64,000 bases of DNA from Anthoceros angustus (Eukaryota > Plantae > Anthocerotophyta), in contig VJWM01000172.1 of assembly GCA_010909165.1 (NCBI GenBank), positions 434,001-498,000 on the forward strand. Direction: 5' to 3'. Made by a program: the position numbers and the translations under genes. Positions 37,702 through 51,955 of the stretch are shown piece by piece (position 1 is the stretch's first letter; each line of letters starts with the position of its first letter). The notes under the pieces are model-generated. The model did not search any database and was not told where the DNA came from. It saw only the letters and a program-made list of their open reading frames with translations.

Positions 37702-40700
37702 GATATCTATGGGAACTAATTGGCTAGATTGTTTATGTTAGCTACGGTTGTTGGTAGGATTTCTACTTCCCTTTGTGTAGGGATTGTTATCCCTTCTTCT
37801 CTGCTTCGGTGGTCCGCTGTTCTTATGTGCAGCCCTAGTATATATTTGGGATATGCTTGTGCCTCTCGATGGGGCTTTAGGAGGTGAAATTCTCTTCTTT
37901 TTATAAAGCATTAAAATTTGGTGTAATAAAAGTTACTCTCAACCTTACGGTCTCTAATGCTCACGCATCAAACAATGAGCGAGCGTTGATTGAGGTCGTG
38001 CATCGTGCTAGTCGAATGCTCCAACTCTTGGAATCCACAATGGTTGCCTAGATGGATGCTAGCACATTCAAAAATGTGGAGAGATAAATCAATTCAAGAA
38101 GGATCCGGCGAGCATACTCTTACAATCGCATGTCACAACGAGTTATCTCGAATGGCTAATAAGAGGCGGTAACTTATCCTAGCTAGCAAGCTTGTTCGAG
38201 TTCGCGATGTGTGAGTACATGTAGCTCTAGAAGCATCTCCACAAGCCTTCACAACCACAAGCATTTGTGGACCTTCCATATCAAGAACCTTTTGCGTCGA
38301 CTCGTGAGATCGAACATCTTGGATTCTTGAGAAACCAATTCAAGTGCAACATTTACATAGCGATTACTCACAATTGCTTGCTTGAAGCAAGAGCAAGGAC
38401 TTCAAGAAGAGCTTAACTAGTTGCACCTCCACAAGCCTTCAACCGGAGGCACGCACTTCGGACCTTCCTCAAGAAGCTTTTGCGATGACTCTTGAGACTA
38501 AACATCCGGATTGTTGTGCAACAAACCAATTCAAGTACAACATTTACATAGCGATTGTTCACAATTGCTAGCTTGAAGCAAGAGCAGGACTTCAAGAAGA
38601 GCGAATGGTTGCACCTACACTCCAATTACCGGTCATTCTACCCTCATGTGCAAGCTAAAGATGAATAAAGCGTGTATGCTCGCATGATACATCGATGAAG
38701 TGGTTGACACCAAACCTTGTTGTCACGAGACATACCTCAACATCCAGTCACAAGTCGCCATGCAGCCTATTGCAGCCCTAGGCTTGGATTTTCAAGTTCA
38801 TCAAGGATTTTGCCAAGAAGGCGGCCTCGTTGATAGCTTGACCAAGAAGGACATGCCCTTCAAATGGACAGAGCCAAGGCATGAAGCCTTTCGTTGAAGG
38901 ATAGCTTGGTGAGCGCACCAACACTACAACCACCGATTAAAAACCGTTCCATGTGTACGTAGATGTGTTGCCACGCTATTGGGACTATCTTAAGCCGGAA
39001 GACGAGAAGCGGATCATCCAATTTTCTAGGGGCAACTTATGGATCCGAGAGAAATTATTCAACCACCGAGGGAAGGTCTTAGCATCATATACTCTTGTAA
39101 GAAGTTTAGACACTACATGCTTGCTAAGGTGACGTTCCATGTCGACCATTTTGTGTTAAAGTACCTTGTGAACAAGCTAGATTTATCGTGAAGGATTGCT
39201 AGGTGGGTCCTGTGCGCAAGAGTTTGATTTTGATGTAGAAACCGGCGAAGCAACATATGAATGCCATTGTCTCGAAAATTGGAAAATGGAAAATGGATGG
39301 CCAGCGACGCCCCATTTACGAGGAGCTAGGAGTTGAGTTAGGGGAGAGGATCATGAGCAAAGTACACATTTGATTGAGTCAAGAGAGGTGTATGACCAAA
39401 TGTCTCGTGGAAGGGTTTTGTGCGTGATTTGCCGCAGGAGGACGATCTAGGAGTTCGAGATGAAGTAAAAGCAGCGCATGGGTGCAAGGAGGAGCAAGGT
39501 ATGCTCTTTAAGTGGAAGGGCTGCAAGTGGAGGCCACAACGTTGGCAAAAGGATGTGGAGAAACAAATAAGAAATCGCAATTTGAAGGAAGGAGAGGTGG
39601 CACACAAAATGGTGTGCCTCATGAGGAGGTGTGTGCTGGAGTCTAGAAGCGAGGTAGCTCCGCATTGGTGGTGTATATGGAGAAGGATTGTGAGAAACCA
39701 CACTTAAAAGAGTGCTTGCGTGGAGTGCAAGAAGAGCCGAGTCCACGGTCGATTAAGTGCCGCTGAAAAAGCAATGTGAGGAGATCGCCAGAGCGCGTCC
39801 GGGCTAGTGAGACTAGGCAGCATAGAGATGAAGAGGCGCGATGGCGCCGAGATGAGGTGTCGATGGCCTCGCAGTGCTGCAGCCGACGCCGCAGAAGGAG
39901 CTGGTTTTGCAAGCCAAGTAGAGGCGCAGTGGCCACAGACCGACATCCCCTAGTGGGCAAACTAGAGGGGACGAGGTACATGGGAAGAGGAGGTCGAGCG
40001 TGAAGGACTCCCATGTCCACGATTTGCTAACGGTGAGGTACGAAGATTCTTAGAGCACGGATCATGCCTAATGGTTTGTCAAGGAAGGGTGCTGTTGTTC
40101 CTTACAAACTGCGCCTTATTGTCTACAGATGGGGTCTCATAAGCTTGGTCCGGATGGGAAGATCCAGGTTGTTTGGAAGAGAAGGAAGCTACTCTCATCA
40201 TAGAAGCTTTGCATGCGTAAGAGGCCGGAGGCCATTATTTTGTACAAATTACGATGAAGGAGATCCTAGATGCGGGTTTTGGTGGGCCAGAGGGATGTGT
40301 GTGGGATTTTGTTGAGGTGTGATGCATTCCAGCGGGTTGGGAGGCCGACTTTGTCAACACAATGGCCTCATACTTATATCCTACCTTTGGCACCTTTCGA
40401 GAAGTGGGGCAGACTTTGTGGGTCCCATCAGCCGCCACAAAATGGACAAGGCAATATATTTTGGTGGATACGGACATCGCACAAAATGGCAGGCCAAGCA
40501 ACAAGGAAGGATGATGCACCAAGAGAGTGGCAAAGTTTCTCTTGAGAACATCGAACGGTATGGGTGTCCTTTGGGTGGCCATGATAGGGGAACTCATTTC
40601 TCAACTCGGTGATTGAGTCTTTACCTCCTACCTCAATATCCTGATCGAAAGACAACTCCTTACAATCCCAAGGCAAATGGTTTGACGGAGAACACGAATG

Positions 40701-40869
40701 GTTTGTTGTGTACAATCTTGACCAAGGTAATCACACTCACATGTATGATTGGGACACCATCTGCTTTGTGGGCCTACAGATGGAGAAGGTGACCACCAAG
40801 AAGACTCCCTATTATTTAACGTCGTAGAAGAGGGGCCCGGGTTCGTTGTTGTATCCTCCCTTCGAATTT
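37702..40869 (+). pseudogene. pol: Decayed Gypsy pol, unit 6
   Basis: RH and INT motifs (PLAPFEKWG, DRGTHF). Confidence 0.88.
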
Positions 40870-41224
40870 CCTTGACGTCAAACCTCAACTCCTCATGAGT
40901 TTGGATGCACAATCAATACTCTATTGATCCTATCCGACTTGTAATATATGGAGGAAGTCGACCAGCACATGGTGTTTGACTGGAGGATGAACTACTGGGA
41001 CTCGTGGAGACATGAGATCCCTACCACCGCATCCAATATATCATATCGAGCCACTTGATTTGTGAAATCATTTGAGTAATCCACGATCTATTACAACATC
41101 CGGAAGACCAAGCGCTTTCAAAATCTCGGATCGAATCACTTGAGTTGCCAAAGTATTTGAGTACTCCATTTGATCCATCACAAAATATGAATGAGCTATG
41201 CATTTATAGTTGAAACTTGGGTAA

Positions 41225-41820
41225 ATATAGACTTGAAGATGGTTTTGTTCTCGATGATATATTATGAATTATCGATAAGTTTTTTATTTTGTTAGTAATT
41301 ATAGTATATTTAATATTGATATTATAACAAAACATCATCATAAACATCACAAAAATATTTCCAAGAGATATTATGCATAATCGGTATAACGTTGTTTTAC
41401 CATTAACTTATAGAATTATCAAAAACTATACCAAAGATAGACGTGGAAGATATATTACAAATAACCTTCTCGATCACTAGATAAAAGAACGGAAGTAATT
41501 TGGCATAAAAGAAGGTAAACATAGTAAATATAGAAAGTGGATAAGAGTAAAAGTAATTATTGGGGTAGTTTAGGTAAATATAATGGGGCATGAAGCAATG
41601 AACTCTGAGGTAGGATGGGCACTTAGTAGCGGTGGATCACCGACAAGTGCCCTATAAATTCAGATGTCGCAAAATCTCTTGGAAATATTGTTTGTGATGT
41701 TTATGATGATGTTTTGTTATAATATCAATATGAAATATACTATAATTTACTAACAAAATAAAAAAATTATCGATAATTCATAATATATCATCGAGAACAA
41801 AACCATCTTCAAGTCTATAT
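41225..41820. repeat. Fold-back inverted repeat
   Basis: Same arms. Confidence 0.92.
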
Positions 41821-42153
41821 ATGTATGGTCCCTACACACAAATCACAAATCTATCTTCATATATCTATTTCAATCTTACGAAAGGATTCTCATTTTGTTG
41901 TCTACAATGATTCCAAGTTTGCGATCTATGGCTATGATGATGTTTGTGATGCTATCTTTGCTTAGCATCAATTTTGTGTCGCAAGATTGCTAAGAAATTA
42001 TAATTCTTTTATATGTGTGTATTCCATGTATTAAAATTCCATTTTAGATATGTATATTATGTTGCTCTCAACTAGCTAGTTTATATTGCATGTGTTGTTA
42101 AATCGTGGTTGATGTAGAAAAACAAAGGGAATTCGGACTACGTTTCTGGTCCC

Positions 42154-42472
42154 GATCCCCATCCATCTCCCCATTTTCACCCTCGCAAAGCCGGACTACG
42201 TTTCGGTCTAGATCCTCATCCATCTCCCCATTTTTACCCTCCCAGCCGGACTACGTACTTCCGGTCCGGATCCTCATCCATCTCCCCATTTTTCCCTCTG
42301 CAGCCGGACTACGTACTTCGGTCCAGATCCTCATCCATCTCCCCATTTTTCCCTCTGCAAAGCCGGACTATGTACTTCCGGTCCGGATCCTCATCCATCT
42401 CCCCATTTTTCCCTCTGCAAAGCCGGACTATGTACTTCTGGTCCAGATCCTCATCCATCACCCCCAAATTTT
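42154..42472 (+). repeat. Minisatellite, 6 copies
   Basis: Counted cores. Confidence 0.95.
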
Positions 42473-42521
42473 GGTATCCCTCCCAAGAATAAGAAGTTGG
42501 TATAAGGGAGCACAGAATGAA

Positions 42522-45500
42522 GATATCTATGGGAACGCAATTGGCTAGATTGTCTATGTTAGCTCTGGTTGTTGGTAGGGATTTCTACTTCCCTTTGTGT
42601 AGGGATTGTTATCCCTTCTTCTCTGCTTCGGTGGTCTTGCTCTATGTGCAGCCCTAGTATATATTTGTTGTGGGGATATGCTTGTGCCTCTCGATGGGGC
42701 TTTAGGAGGTGAAATTCTCTTCTTTTATAAAGCATTAAAAATTTTGGTGTAACAAAAGTTACTCTCAACCTTACGGTCTCTAATGCTCACGACGGCACGA
42801 ATAATGAGGCGCCGTTGAAGGAACAGTCGTGCATCAGGTCTAGTCGAATGCTCCAACTCTTGGAATCCGACAACGGTGGTTGGCCCCCGGATGGATGCTA
42901 GCACATTCAAAAATCCGGAGAGATAAATCAATTCAAGAAGGATCCGCTTGAGCATACTCCTCTTACAATCGCATGTCACAACGAGTTATCCGAATGGCTA
43001 ATAAGAGGCGGTAACTTATCCTAGCTAGCAAGCTTGTTCGAGTTCGCGATGTGTGCCTCGAGTACATGTAGCTCTAGAAGCATCTCCACAAGCCTTCACG
43101 AACCACAAGCATTTCCAGACCTTCCATATCAAGAACCTTTTGCGACTCGGAGATCGAACATCTTGGATTGTCATGCAAAGAACCAATTCAAGTGCAACAT
43201 TTACATAGCGATTACTCACAATTGCTTGCTTGAAGCAAGAGGACTTCAAAGAAGAGCTTAACTAGTTGCACCTCCACAAGCCTTCGAACCCAGGCACGCA
43301 CTTCAGGACCTTCCTCGTCAAGAAGCTTTTGCCCGACTCTTGAGACTAAACATCACGGATTGTTGTGCAACAAACCAATTCAAGTACAACATTTACATAG
43401 CGATTGTTCACAATTGCTAGCTTGAAGCAAGAGGACTTCAAAGAAGAGCGTAATTGGTTGCACCTACACTCCAATTACCGTCATTCTACCCTCATGTGCA
43501 AGCTAAAGATGAATAAAGCGTGTATGCTGCATGATACATCGATGAAGTGGTTGACACCAAACCTTGTTGTCACGGAGACATACCTCAACATCCGTTCTCA
43601 CAAGCTCGCTTATGGCTATGTGCAGCCCTAGGCTTGGATTTTCAAGTTCATCAAGGATTTTGCCAAGAAGGCGGCCTCGTTAGCTTGATTTGACCAGAAG
43701 GACATGCCCTTCAAATGGAGAGCCAAGGCATGAAGCCTTTCAGTTGAAGGATAGCTTGGTGAGCGCTAACACTACACAACCACCGATTGGAAAAACCGTT
43801 CCATGTATGCGTAGATGTGAAACGCTATTGGGACTATCTTAAGCCGGATGACGAGAAGAAGCGGGATCATCCAATTTTCTATCTTTGGCGGGCAACTTAT
43901 GGATCCGAGAGAAATTATTCAACCACCGAGAGGGAAGGTCTTAGCATCATATACTCTTGTAAGAAGTTTAGACACTACATGCTTGCTTGTAAGGTGACGT
44001 TCCATGTCGACCATTTTGTGTTAAAGTACCTTGTGAACAAGCTAGATTTATCGGGAAGGATTGCTAGGTGGGTCCTGTTGCAAGAGTTTGATTTTGATGT
44101 AGAAACCGGCCAAGGAAGCAACATATGAATGCCAATTTTGTTGCCTCGAAAATTGGAAAATGGAAAATGGATTGTGGCCATGATGACGTCCCATTTCCGA
44201 CGAGGAGCTAGTAGCGATGGCGGTTAGGGGAGAGGATCATGAGCAAAGTACACATTTGATTGAGGTCAGCAAGAGGGTGTGTAAGGACCAAATGTGTGGA
44301 AGGGGTTTTGTGCGGATTTTGCTTTGGGAGGACGATCTAGGAGTTCGAGATGAAGTAAAGAGCAGCATGGGTGCAAGGAGGAGCAAGGTATGCTCTTTAA
44401 GTGGAAGGGCTGCAAGTGGAGGCCACAAGCGTTAAAAAGGATGTGGAGAAACAGCAAGAAATCGCAATTTGATTTTGAAGGAGAGGTGGCACACAAAATG
44501 GTGTGCCTCATGAGGAGGTGTGTGCGCTGGAGTCTAGAAGGAGGTAGCTCCGCATTGGTGGTGTATATGGAGAAGGATTGTGGAGAAACCACACTCAAAG
44601 AGTGCTTGCGTGGAGCGCAAGAAGAGCGTCGACAAGTCCACGGTCGATTGCGTAAGTGGCTGCCGTGAAAACGCAGCAATGTGAGGAGATCGCCAGAGCG
44701 CGTCCGGGGCTAGTCATGAGACTAGGCATAGAGATGAAGAGGATGGCGCGAGAGATGAGCGGTCGATGGCTGCAGGCACAGTGCGCCAGCCGACGCCGCA
44801 GAAGGAGCTGGTTTTGCAAGCCAAGTAGAGGCGAGGCTGTACAGACCGCATCCCTAGTGGGGCAAACTAGAGGGGACGGCGAGGTACATGGGAAGAGGAG
44901 GTCGGGCGTGAAGGACTCCCATGTCCACGGTATTTGCTAAGCGGTGAGGTCTGAAGATTCTTAGAGCACGGATCATGCCTAATGGTTTGTCAAGGAAGGG
45001 CGTCTTGTTGTTCCTTACAAATAGCGCCTTATTGTCTACGAGATGGGGTCTCATACAAGCTTGGTGGATGGGAAGATCCGAGGTTGTTTGGAAGAGAAGG
45101 AAGCTACTCTCATCATAGAAGCTTTGCATGCGAGAGGCCGGAGGCCATTATTTGGTACAAATTACGATGAAGGAGATCCTAGATGGGGTTTTGGTGGGCC
45201 ACGATGCGAGGGATGTGTGGGATTTTGTTGGAGGTGTGATGCATTCCAGCGGGTTGGGAGGCCGACTTTGTCAACACAATGGCCTCATACTTATATCCTA
45301 CCTTTGGCACCTTTCGAGAAGTGGGGCATAGACTTTGTGGGTCCCATCGGGCCCACAAAATGGACAAAGAATATATTTTGGTGGATACGGACTCGCACAA
45401 AATGGCGAGGAAGCAACAAGGAAGGATGATGCACCAAGAGTGGCAAAGTTTCTCTTTGAGAACATCGTAACTTCGGTATGGGTGTCCTTTGGGCTGATAG

Positions 45501-45794
45501 GGGAACTCATTTTCTCAACTCGGTGATTGAGTCTTTTACCTCCTACCTCAATATCCCAGATCGAAAGACAACTCCTTACAATCCCAAGGCAAATGGTTTG
45601 ACGGAGAACACGAATGGTTTGTTGTGTACAATCTTGACCAAGGTAATCATCACTCACATGTATGATTGGGACACCAAATTGCATTCGGGCCAGGGCCTAC
45701 AGAGGGAGAAGGTGACCACCAAGAAGACTCCCTATTATTTAACGACGTAGAAGAGGGGCGATGTCGGGTTGTTCGTATCCTCCCCTTCGAATTT
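42522..45794 (+). pseudogene. pol: Decayed Gypsy pol, unit 7
   Basis: ORF 43787-44128 PFHVCVD..KKRDHPIFY..ERNYSTTEREGL..QEFDF; ORF 45043-45429 DGKIRGCLEEKEATLIIEALHA..PLAPFEKWGIDFVGPI. Confidence 0.92.
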
Positions 45795-45809
45795 CCTCGA
45801 CGTCAAACC

Positions 45810-46106
45810 TCAACTCCTCATGAGTTTGGATGCACAATCTAATAATTCTATTGATCCTATCGACTTGTAATATATGGAGGAAGTCGACCAGCACATGGTG
45901 TTTGACACGGAGGATGAACTATGGGACTCCGTGGAGACAGATCCCTACGACCAAGCGCATCCAATATATCATATCGAGCCACTTGATTTGTGAAATCATT
46001 TGAGTAATCCACGATCTATTACAACATCCGGAAGACCAAGCGCTTTCAAAATCTCGGATCGAATCACTTGAGTTGCCAAAGTATTTGAGTACTCCATTTG
46101 ATCCAT
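45810..46106 (-). pseudogene. Antisense ~100-codon reading frame present in every unit (representative copy), possibly a LINE RT fragment
   Basis: Cross-unit consensus MDQMEYSNTLATQVIRSEILKALGLPDVVIDRWITQMISQIKWLDMIYWMRLVVGISVSTESQLVHP.VKHHVLVDFLHILQVG...MRS*; individual copies are frameshifted. Confidence 0.4.
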
Positions 46107-46152
46107 CACAAAATATGAATGAGCTATGCATTTATAGTTGAAACTTGGGTAA

Positions 46153-46764
46153 ATATAGACTTGAAGATGGTTTTGTTCTCGATGATATATTATGAATTAT
46201 CGATAAGTTTTTTTATTTTGTTAGTAAATTATAGTATATTTAATATTGATATTATAACAAAACATCATCATAAACATCACAAAAATATTTCCAAGAGATA
46301 TTCATAATCGGTATAACGTTGTTTTACCATTAACTTATAGAATTATCAAAAACTATACCAAAGATAGACGTGGAAGATATATTACAAATAACCTTCTCGA
46401 TCACTAGATAAAACTGTAACGGGAAGTAATTTGGCATAAAAGAAGGTAAACATAGTAAATATAGAAAGTGGATAAGAGTAAAAGTAATTATTGGGGTAGT
46501 TTAGAGTAAATATAATGGGGCATGATAAAAGCAACAGTAACTCTTCGGAGGTAGGATGGGCACTGTTAGTAGCGGTGGATCACCGACAAGTGCCCTATAC
46601 AAATTCAGATGTCGCAAAATCTCTTGGAAATATTGTTTGTGATGTTTATGATGATGTTTTTGTTATAATATCAATATGAAATATACTATAATTTACTAAC
46701 AAAATAAAAATTATCGATAATTCATAATATATCATCGAGAACAAAACCATCTTCAAGTCTATAT
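46153..46764. repeat. Fold-back inverted repeat
   Basis: Same arms. Confidence 0.92.
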
Positions 46765-47104
46765 ATGTATGGTCCCTACACACAAATCACAAATCTATCT
46801 TCATATATCTATTTCAATCTTACGAAAGGATTCTCATTTTGTTGTCTACAATGATTCCAAGTTTGCCCGATCTATGGCTATGATGATGTTTGTGATGCTA
46901 TCTTTGCTTAGCATCAATTTTGTGTCGACAAGATTGCTAAGAGGTATTATAATTCTTTTATATGTGTGTATTCCATGTATTAAAATTCCATTTTAGATAT
47001 GTATATTATGTTGCTCTCAACTAGCTAGTTTATGTTGCGATGTGTTGTTAAATCCGGTTGATGTAGAAAAAACAAAGGGAATTCGGACCACGATTTCCGG
47101 TCCC

Positions 47105-47408
47105 GATCCCCATCCATCTCCCCATTTTCACCCTCGCAAAGCCGGACTCACGTACTTCTGGTCTAGATCCTCATCCATCTCCCCATTTTACCCTCTGCCC
47201 GACTACGATTTCCCGGTCCGGATCCTCATCCATCTCCCCATTTTTGTACCACTTCTGGTCCGGATCCTCATCCATCTCCCCATTTTTCCCTCTGCAAAGC
47301 CGGACTATGTACTTCTGGTCCAGATCCTCATCCATCTCCCCATTTTTCCCTCCAAAGCCGGACTATGTACTTCTGGTCCAGGATCCTCATCCATCACCCC
47401 CAAATTTT
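47105..47408 (+). repeat. Minisatellite, 6 copies (one shortened)
   Basis: Counted cores. Confidence 0.95.
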
Positions 47409-47450
47409 GGTATCCCTCCCAAGAATAAGAAGTTGGTATAACGGAATGAA

Positions 47451-50400
47451 GATATCTATGGGAACAATTGGCTAGATTGTCTATGTTAGCTCGTTGTTGG
47501 TAGGATTTCTACTTCCCTTTGTGTAGGGATTATCCCTTCTTCTCTGTTCGTGGTCCATTGTTCTTATGTGCAGCCCTAGTATATATTTGTTGTGGGGATA
47601 TGCTTGTGCCTCTCGATGGGGCTTTAGGAGGTGAAATTCTCTTCTTTTATAAAGCATTAAAAATTTTGGTGTAACAAAGTTACTCTCAACCTTACGGCCT
47701 CTAATGCTCGCCGCACAAGTACGAACAATGAGCGCTCGCCGTTGAGCTGAACTGAGCTTTCGTGCTAGTCGAATGCTCCAACTCTTGGAATCCGACAACG
47801 GTGGTTGGCCCTGCCGATGGATGCTAGCACATTCAAAAATCCAGAGAGATAAATCAATTCAAGAAGGATCCGGCTTGAGCATACTCCTCTTACAATCGCA
47901 TGTCACAACGAGTTATCTCGAATGGCTAATAAGAGGCGGTAACTTATCCTAGCTAGCAAGCTTGTTCGAGTTCGATGCCTGAGTACATGTAGCTCTAGAA
48001 GCATCTCCACAAGCCTTCAACCACAAGCATTTCCAGACCTTCCATATCAAGAACCTTTTGCAGTCGACTCGTGAGATGAACATCTTGGATTGCCGTGCGA
48101 AACCAATTCAAGTGCAACATTTACATAGCGATTACTCACAATTGCTTGCTTGAAGCAAGAGCAAGGACTTCAAGAAGAGCTTAACTAGTTGCACCTCCAC
48201 AAGCCTTCGAACCCGGAGGCACGCACTTCGGGACCTTCCTCAAAGAAGCTTTTGGCCCGACTCTTGAGACTAAACATCACGGATTGTTGTGCAACAAACC
48301 AATTCAAGTACAACATTTACATAGCGATTGTTCACAATTGCTAGCTTGAAGCGTGGACTTCAAGAAGAGCGTAATTGGTTGCACCTACACTCCAATTACC
48401 AGTCATTCTACCCTCATGTGCTAAAGATGAATAAAGCGTGTATGCTCCGCATGATACGATGAAGTGGTTGACACCAAACCTTGTTGTCACGGAGACATAC
48501 CTCAACATCCAGTTCTCACAAGCTCCACAGACTATTGCAGCCCTAGGCTTGGATTTTCAAGTTCATCAAGGATTTTGCCAAGAAGGCGGCCTCTGACGCA
48601 GCTTGACCAAGAAGGACATGCCCTTCAAATGGGGAGCCAAGGCATGAAGCCTTTCGGATTGAAGGATAGCTTGGTGAGCACTCAACACTACAACCACCGA
48701 AAAACCGTTCCATGTATGCGTAGATGAATCGCTTACGCTATTGGGACTATCTTAAGCCGAAGGACGAGAAGAAGGGATCATCCAATTTTCTATCTTTGGC
48801 AGGCAACTTATGGATGCCGAGAGAAATTATTCAACCACCGAGAGGGAAGGTCTTAGCATCATATACTCTTGTAAGAAGTTTAGACACTACATGCTTGCTT
48901 GTAAGGTGACGTTCCATGTCGACCATTTTGTGTTAAAGTACCTTGTGAACAAGCTAGATTTATCGGGAAGGATTGCTAGGTGGGTCTGCTGTGCAAGAGT
49001 TTGATTTTGATGTAGAAACCACAAGGAAGCAACATATGAATGCCAATTTTGTTGCCGTCTGGAAAATGGAAAATGGATTGTTAATTGATGACGTCCCATT
49101 TCCGACGAGGAGCTAGTAGTGAGCGCGGTTAGGGGAGAGGATTGTGAGCAAAGTACACATTTGATTGAGTGTGTGGCAAGAGGTGTGGCGAAGGACCAAA
49201 TGTCTGTGGAAGGGTTTTGTGCAGGATTTCCGCAGGAGGACGATCTAGGAGTTCGAGATGAAGGAAAAAGAGCAGATGGGTGCAAGGAGGAGCAAGGTAT
49301 GCTCTTTAAGTGGAAGGGCTGCAAGTGGAGGCCACAACGTTGGCAAAAGGATGTGGAGAAACAGAAGAAATCGCAATTTGAAGGAAGGAGAGGTGGCACA
49401 CAAAATGGTGTGCCTCATGAGGAGGTGTGTGGCTGGAGTCTAGGCGGAGGTAGCTCCGCATTGGTGGTGTATATGGAGAAGGATTGTGGAGAAACCACAC
49501 CTCAAGAGTGCTTGCGGAGCGAAGAAAGAGCGTCGGCAAGTCCACGGTCGATGCGTAAGTGGCCGGGAAAACGCAGCAATGTGAGGAGATCGCTGCTAGG
49601 CGCGTCTCAGCTGCGAGACTAGGCAGCATAGAGATGAAGAGGCGCGATGGCGAGAGATGAGCGGTCGATGGCTGCGCAGGCTGCCAGCGGGCGCCCGCAG
49701 GAAGGAGCTGGTTTTGCAAGCGAGAGGCGCATGTGGCCAGAAGACATCCCTAGTGGGCAAACTAGAGGGGGACGCGAGTGTACATGGGAAGAGGAGGTCG
49801 GAGTGAAGGACTCCCATGTCCACAGATTTGCAAAGCGGTGAGGTCTGAAGATTCTTAGAGCACGGATCATGCCTAATGGTTTGTCAAGGGAAGGGCGTCT
49901 GTTGTTCCTCACAAAAGCGCTTATTGTCTGAGATGGGGTCTCATACAAGCTTGGTGGATGGGAAGATCCGAGGTTGTTTGGAAGAGAAGGAAGCTACTCA
50001 TCATAGAAGCTTTGCATGCGAAGAGGCCGGAGGCCATTATTTGGTACAAATTACGATGAAGGAGATCCTAGATGGGGTTTTGGTGGGCCACGATGCGAGG
50101 GATGTGTGGGATTTTGTTCGAGGTGTGATGCATTCCAAGCGGGTTGGGAGGCCGACTTTGTCAACACAATGGCCTCATATATCCTACCTTTGGCACCTTT
50201 CGAAGTGGGGCATAGACTTTGTGGGTCCCATCAGCCGCCCACAAAATGGACAAGCAATATATTTTGGTGGATACGGACTCGCACAAAATGGCGAGGCCAA
50301 GCAACAAGGAAGGATGATGCACCAAGAGTGGCAAAGTTTCTCTTTGAGAACATCGTAACTTCGATGGGTGTCCTTTGAGTCGGCCGATAGGGGAACTCAT

Positions 50401-50675
50401 TTTCTCAACTCGGTGATTGAGTCTTTACCTCCTACCTCAATATCCGATCGAAGACAACTCCTTACAATCCCAAGGCAAATGGTTTGACGGAGAACACGAA
50501 TGGTTTTGTTGTGTACAATCTTGACCAAGGTAATCACTCACATGTATGATTGGGACACCAAATTGCATCTGGGCCATCTGTGATGGGAGAAGGTGACCAC
50601 CAAGAAGACTCCTATTATTTAATGTACGAGAAGAGGGGCACGATGTCGGGTTGTTCAGTATCCTCCCCTTAATTT
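47451..50675 (+). pseudogene. pol: Decayed Gypsy pol, unit 8
   Basis: RH ORF 48810-49004; INT ORF 49876-50358 EEAGGHY..KWGIDFVGPI. Confidence 0.9.
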
Positions 50676-51027
50676 CCCTTGACGTCAAACCTCAACTCCT
50701 CATGAGTTTGGATGCACAATCTTAACTCTATTGATCCTATCGACTTGTAATATATGGAGGAAGTCGATACATGGTGTTTGACACGGAGGATGAACTAGGG
50801 GACTCCGTGGAGACAGAGATCCCTCCCAAGCGCATCAATATATCATATCGAACCACTTGATTTGTGAAATCATTTGAGTAATCCACCGATCTATTACAAC
50901 ATCCGGAAGACCAAGCGCTTTCAAAATCTCGGATCGAATCACTTGAGTTGCCAAAGTATTTGAGTACTCCATTTGATCCATCACAAAATATGAATGAGCT
51001 ATGCATTTATAGTTGAAACTTGGGTAA

Positions 51028-51620
51028 ATATAGACTTGAAGATGGTTTTGTTCTCGATATATTATGAATTATCGATAAGTTTTTTTATTTTGTTAGTAAT
51101 TATAGTATATTTAATATTGATATTAACAAAAACATCATCATAAACATCACAAAATATTTCCAAGAGATATTAGCGCATAATCGGTATAACGTTGTTTTAC
51201 CATTAACTTATAGAATTATCAAAAACTATACCAAAGATAGACGTGGAAGATATATTACAAATAACCTTCTCGATCACTAGATAAAACTGTAAGGAAGTAA
51301 TTTGGCATAAAAGAAGGTAAACATAGTAAATATAGAAAGTGGATAAGAGTAAAAGTAATTATTAGTAGTTTAGGGTAAATATAATGGGGCATGATAGAAA
51401 ACAAGAACTCTTGGAGGTAGGATGGGCATCAGCAGAGCGGTGGATCACCGACAAGTGCCCAGATAATTCATGTCGCAAAATCTCTTGGAAATATTGTTTG
51501 TGATGTTTATGATGATGTTTTTGTTATAATATCAATATGAAATATACTATAATTTACTAACAAAATAAAAATTATCGATAATTCATATATCATCGAACAA
51601 AACCATCTTCAAGTCTATAT
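51028..51620. repeat. Fold-back inverted repeat
   Basis: Same arms. Confidence 0.92.
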
Positions 51621-51955
51621 ATGTATGGTCACACACAAATCACAAATCTATCTTCATATATCTATTTCAATCTTACGAAAGGATTCTCATTTTGTTGTCT
51701 ACAATGATTCCAAGTTTGCGATCTATGGCTATGATGATGTTTGTGATGCTATCTTTGCTTAGCATCAATTTTGTGCTAAGATTGCTAAGAGGTATTATAA
51801 TTCTTTTATATGTGTGTATTCCATGTATTAAAATTCCATTTTAGATATGTATATTATGTTGCTCTCAACTAGCTAGTTTATGTTTGATGTGTTGTTAAAT
51901 CACATGGTTGATGTAGAAAACAAAGGGAATTCGGACTACGTACTTCCCTGGTCCC

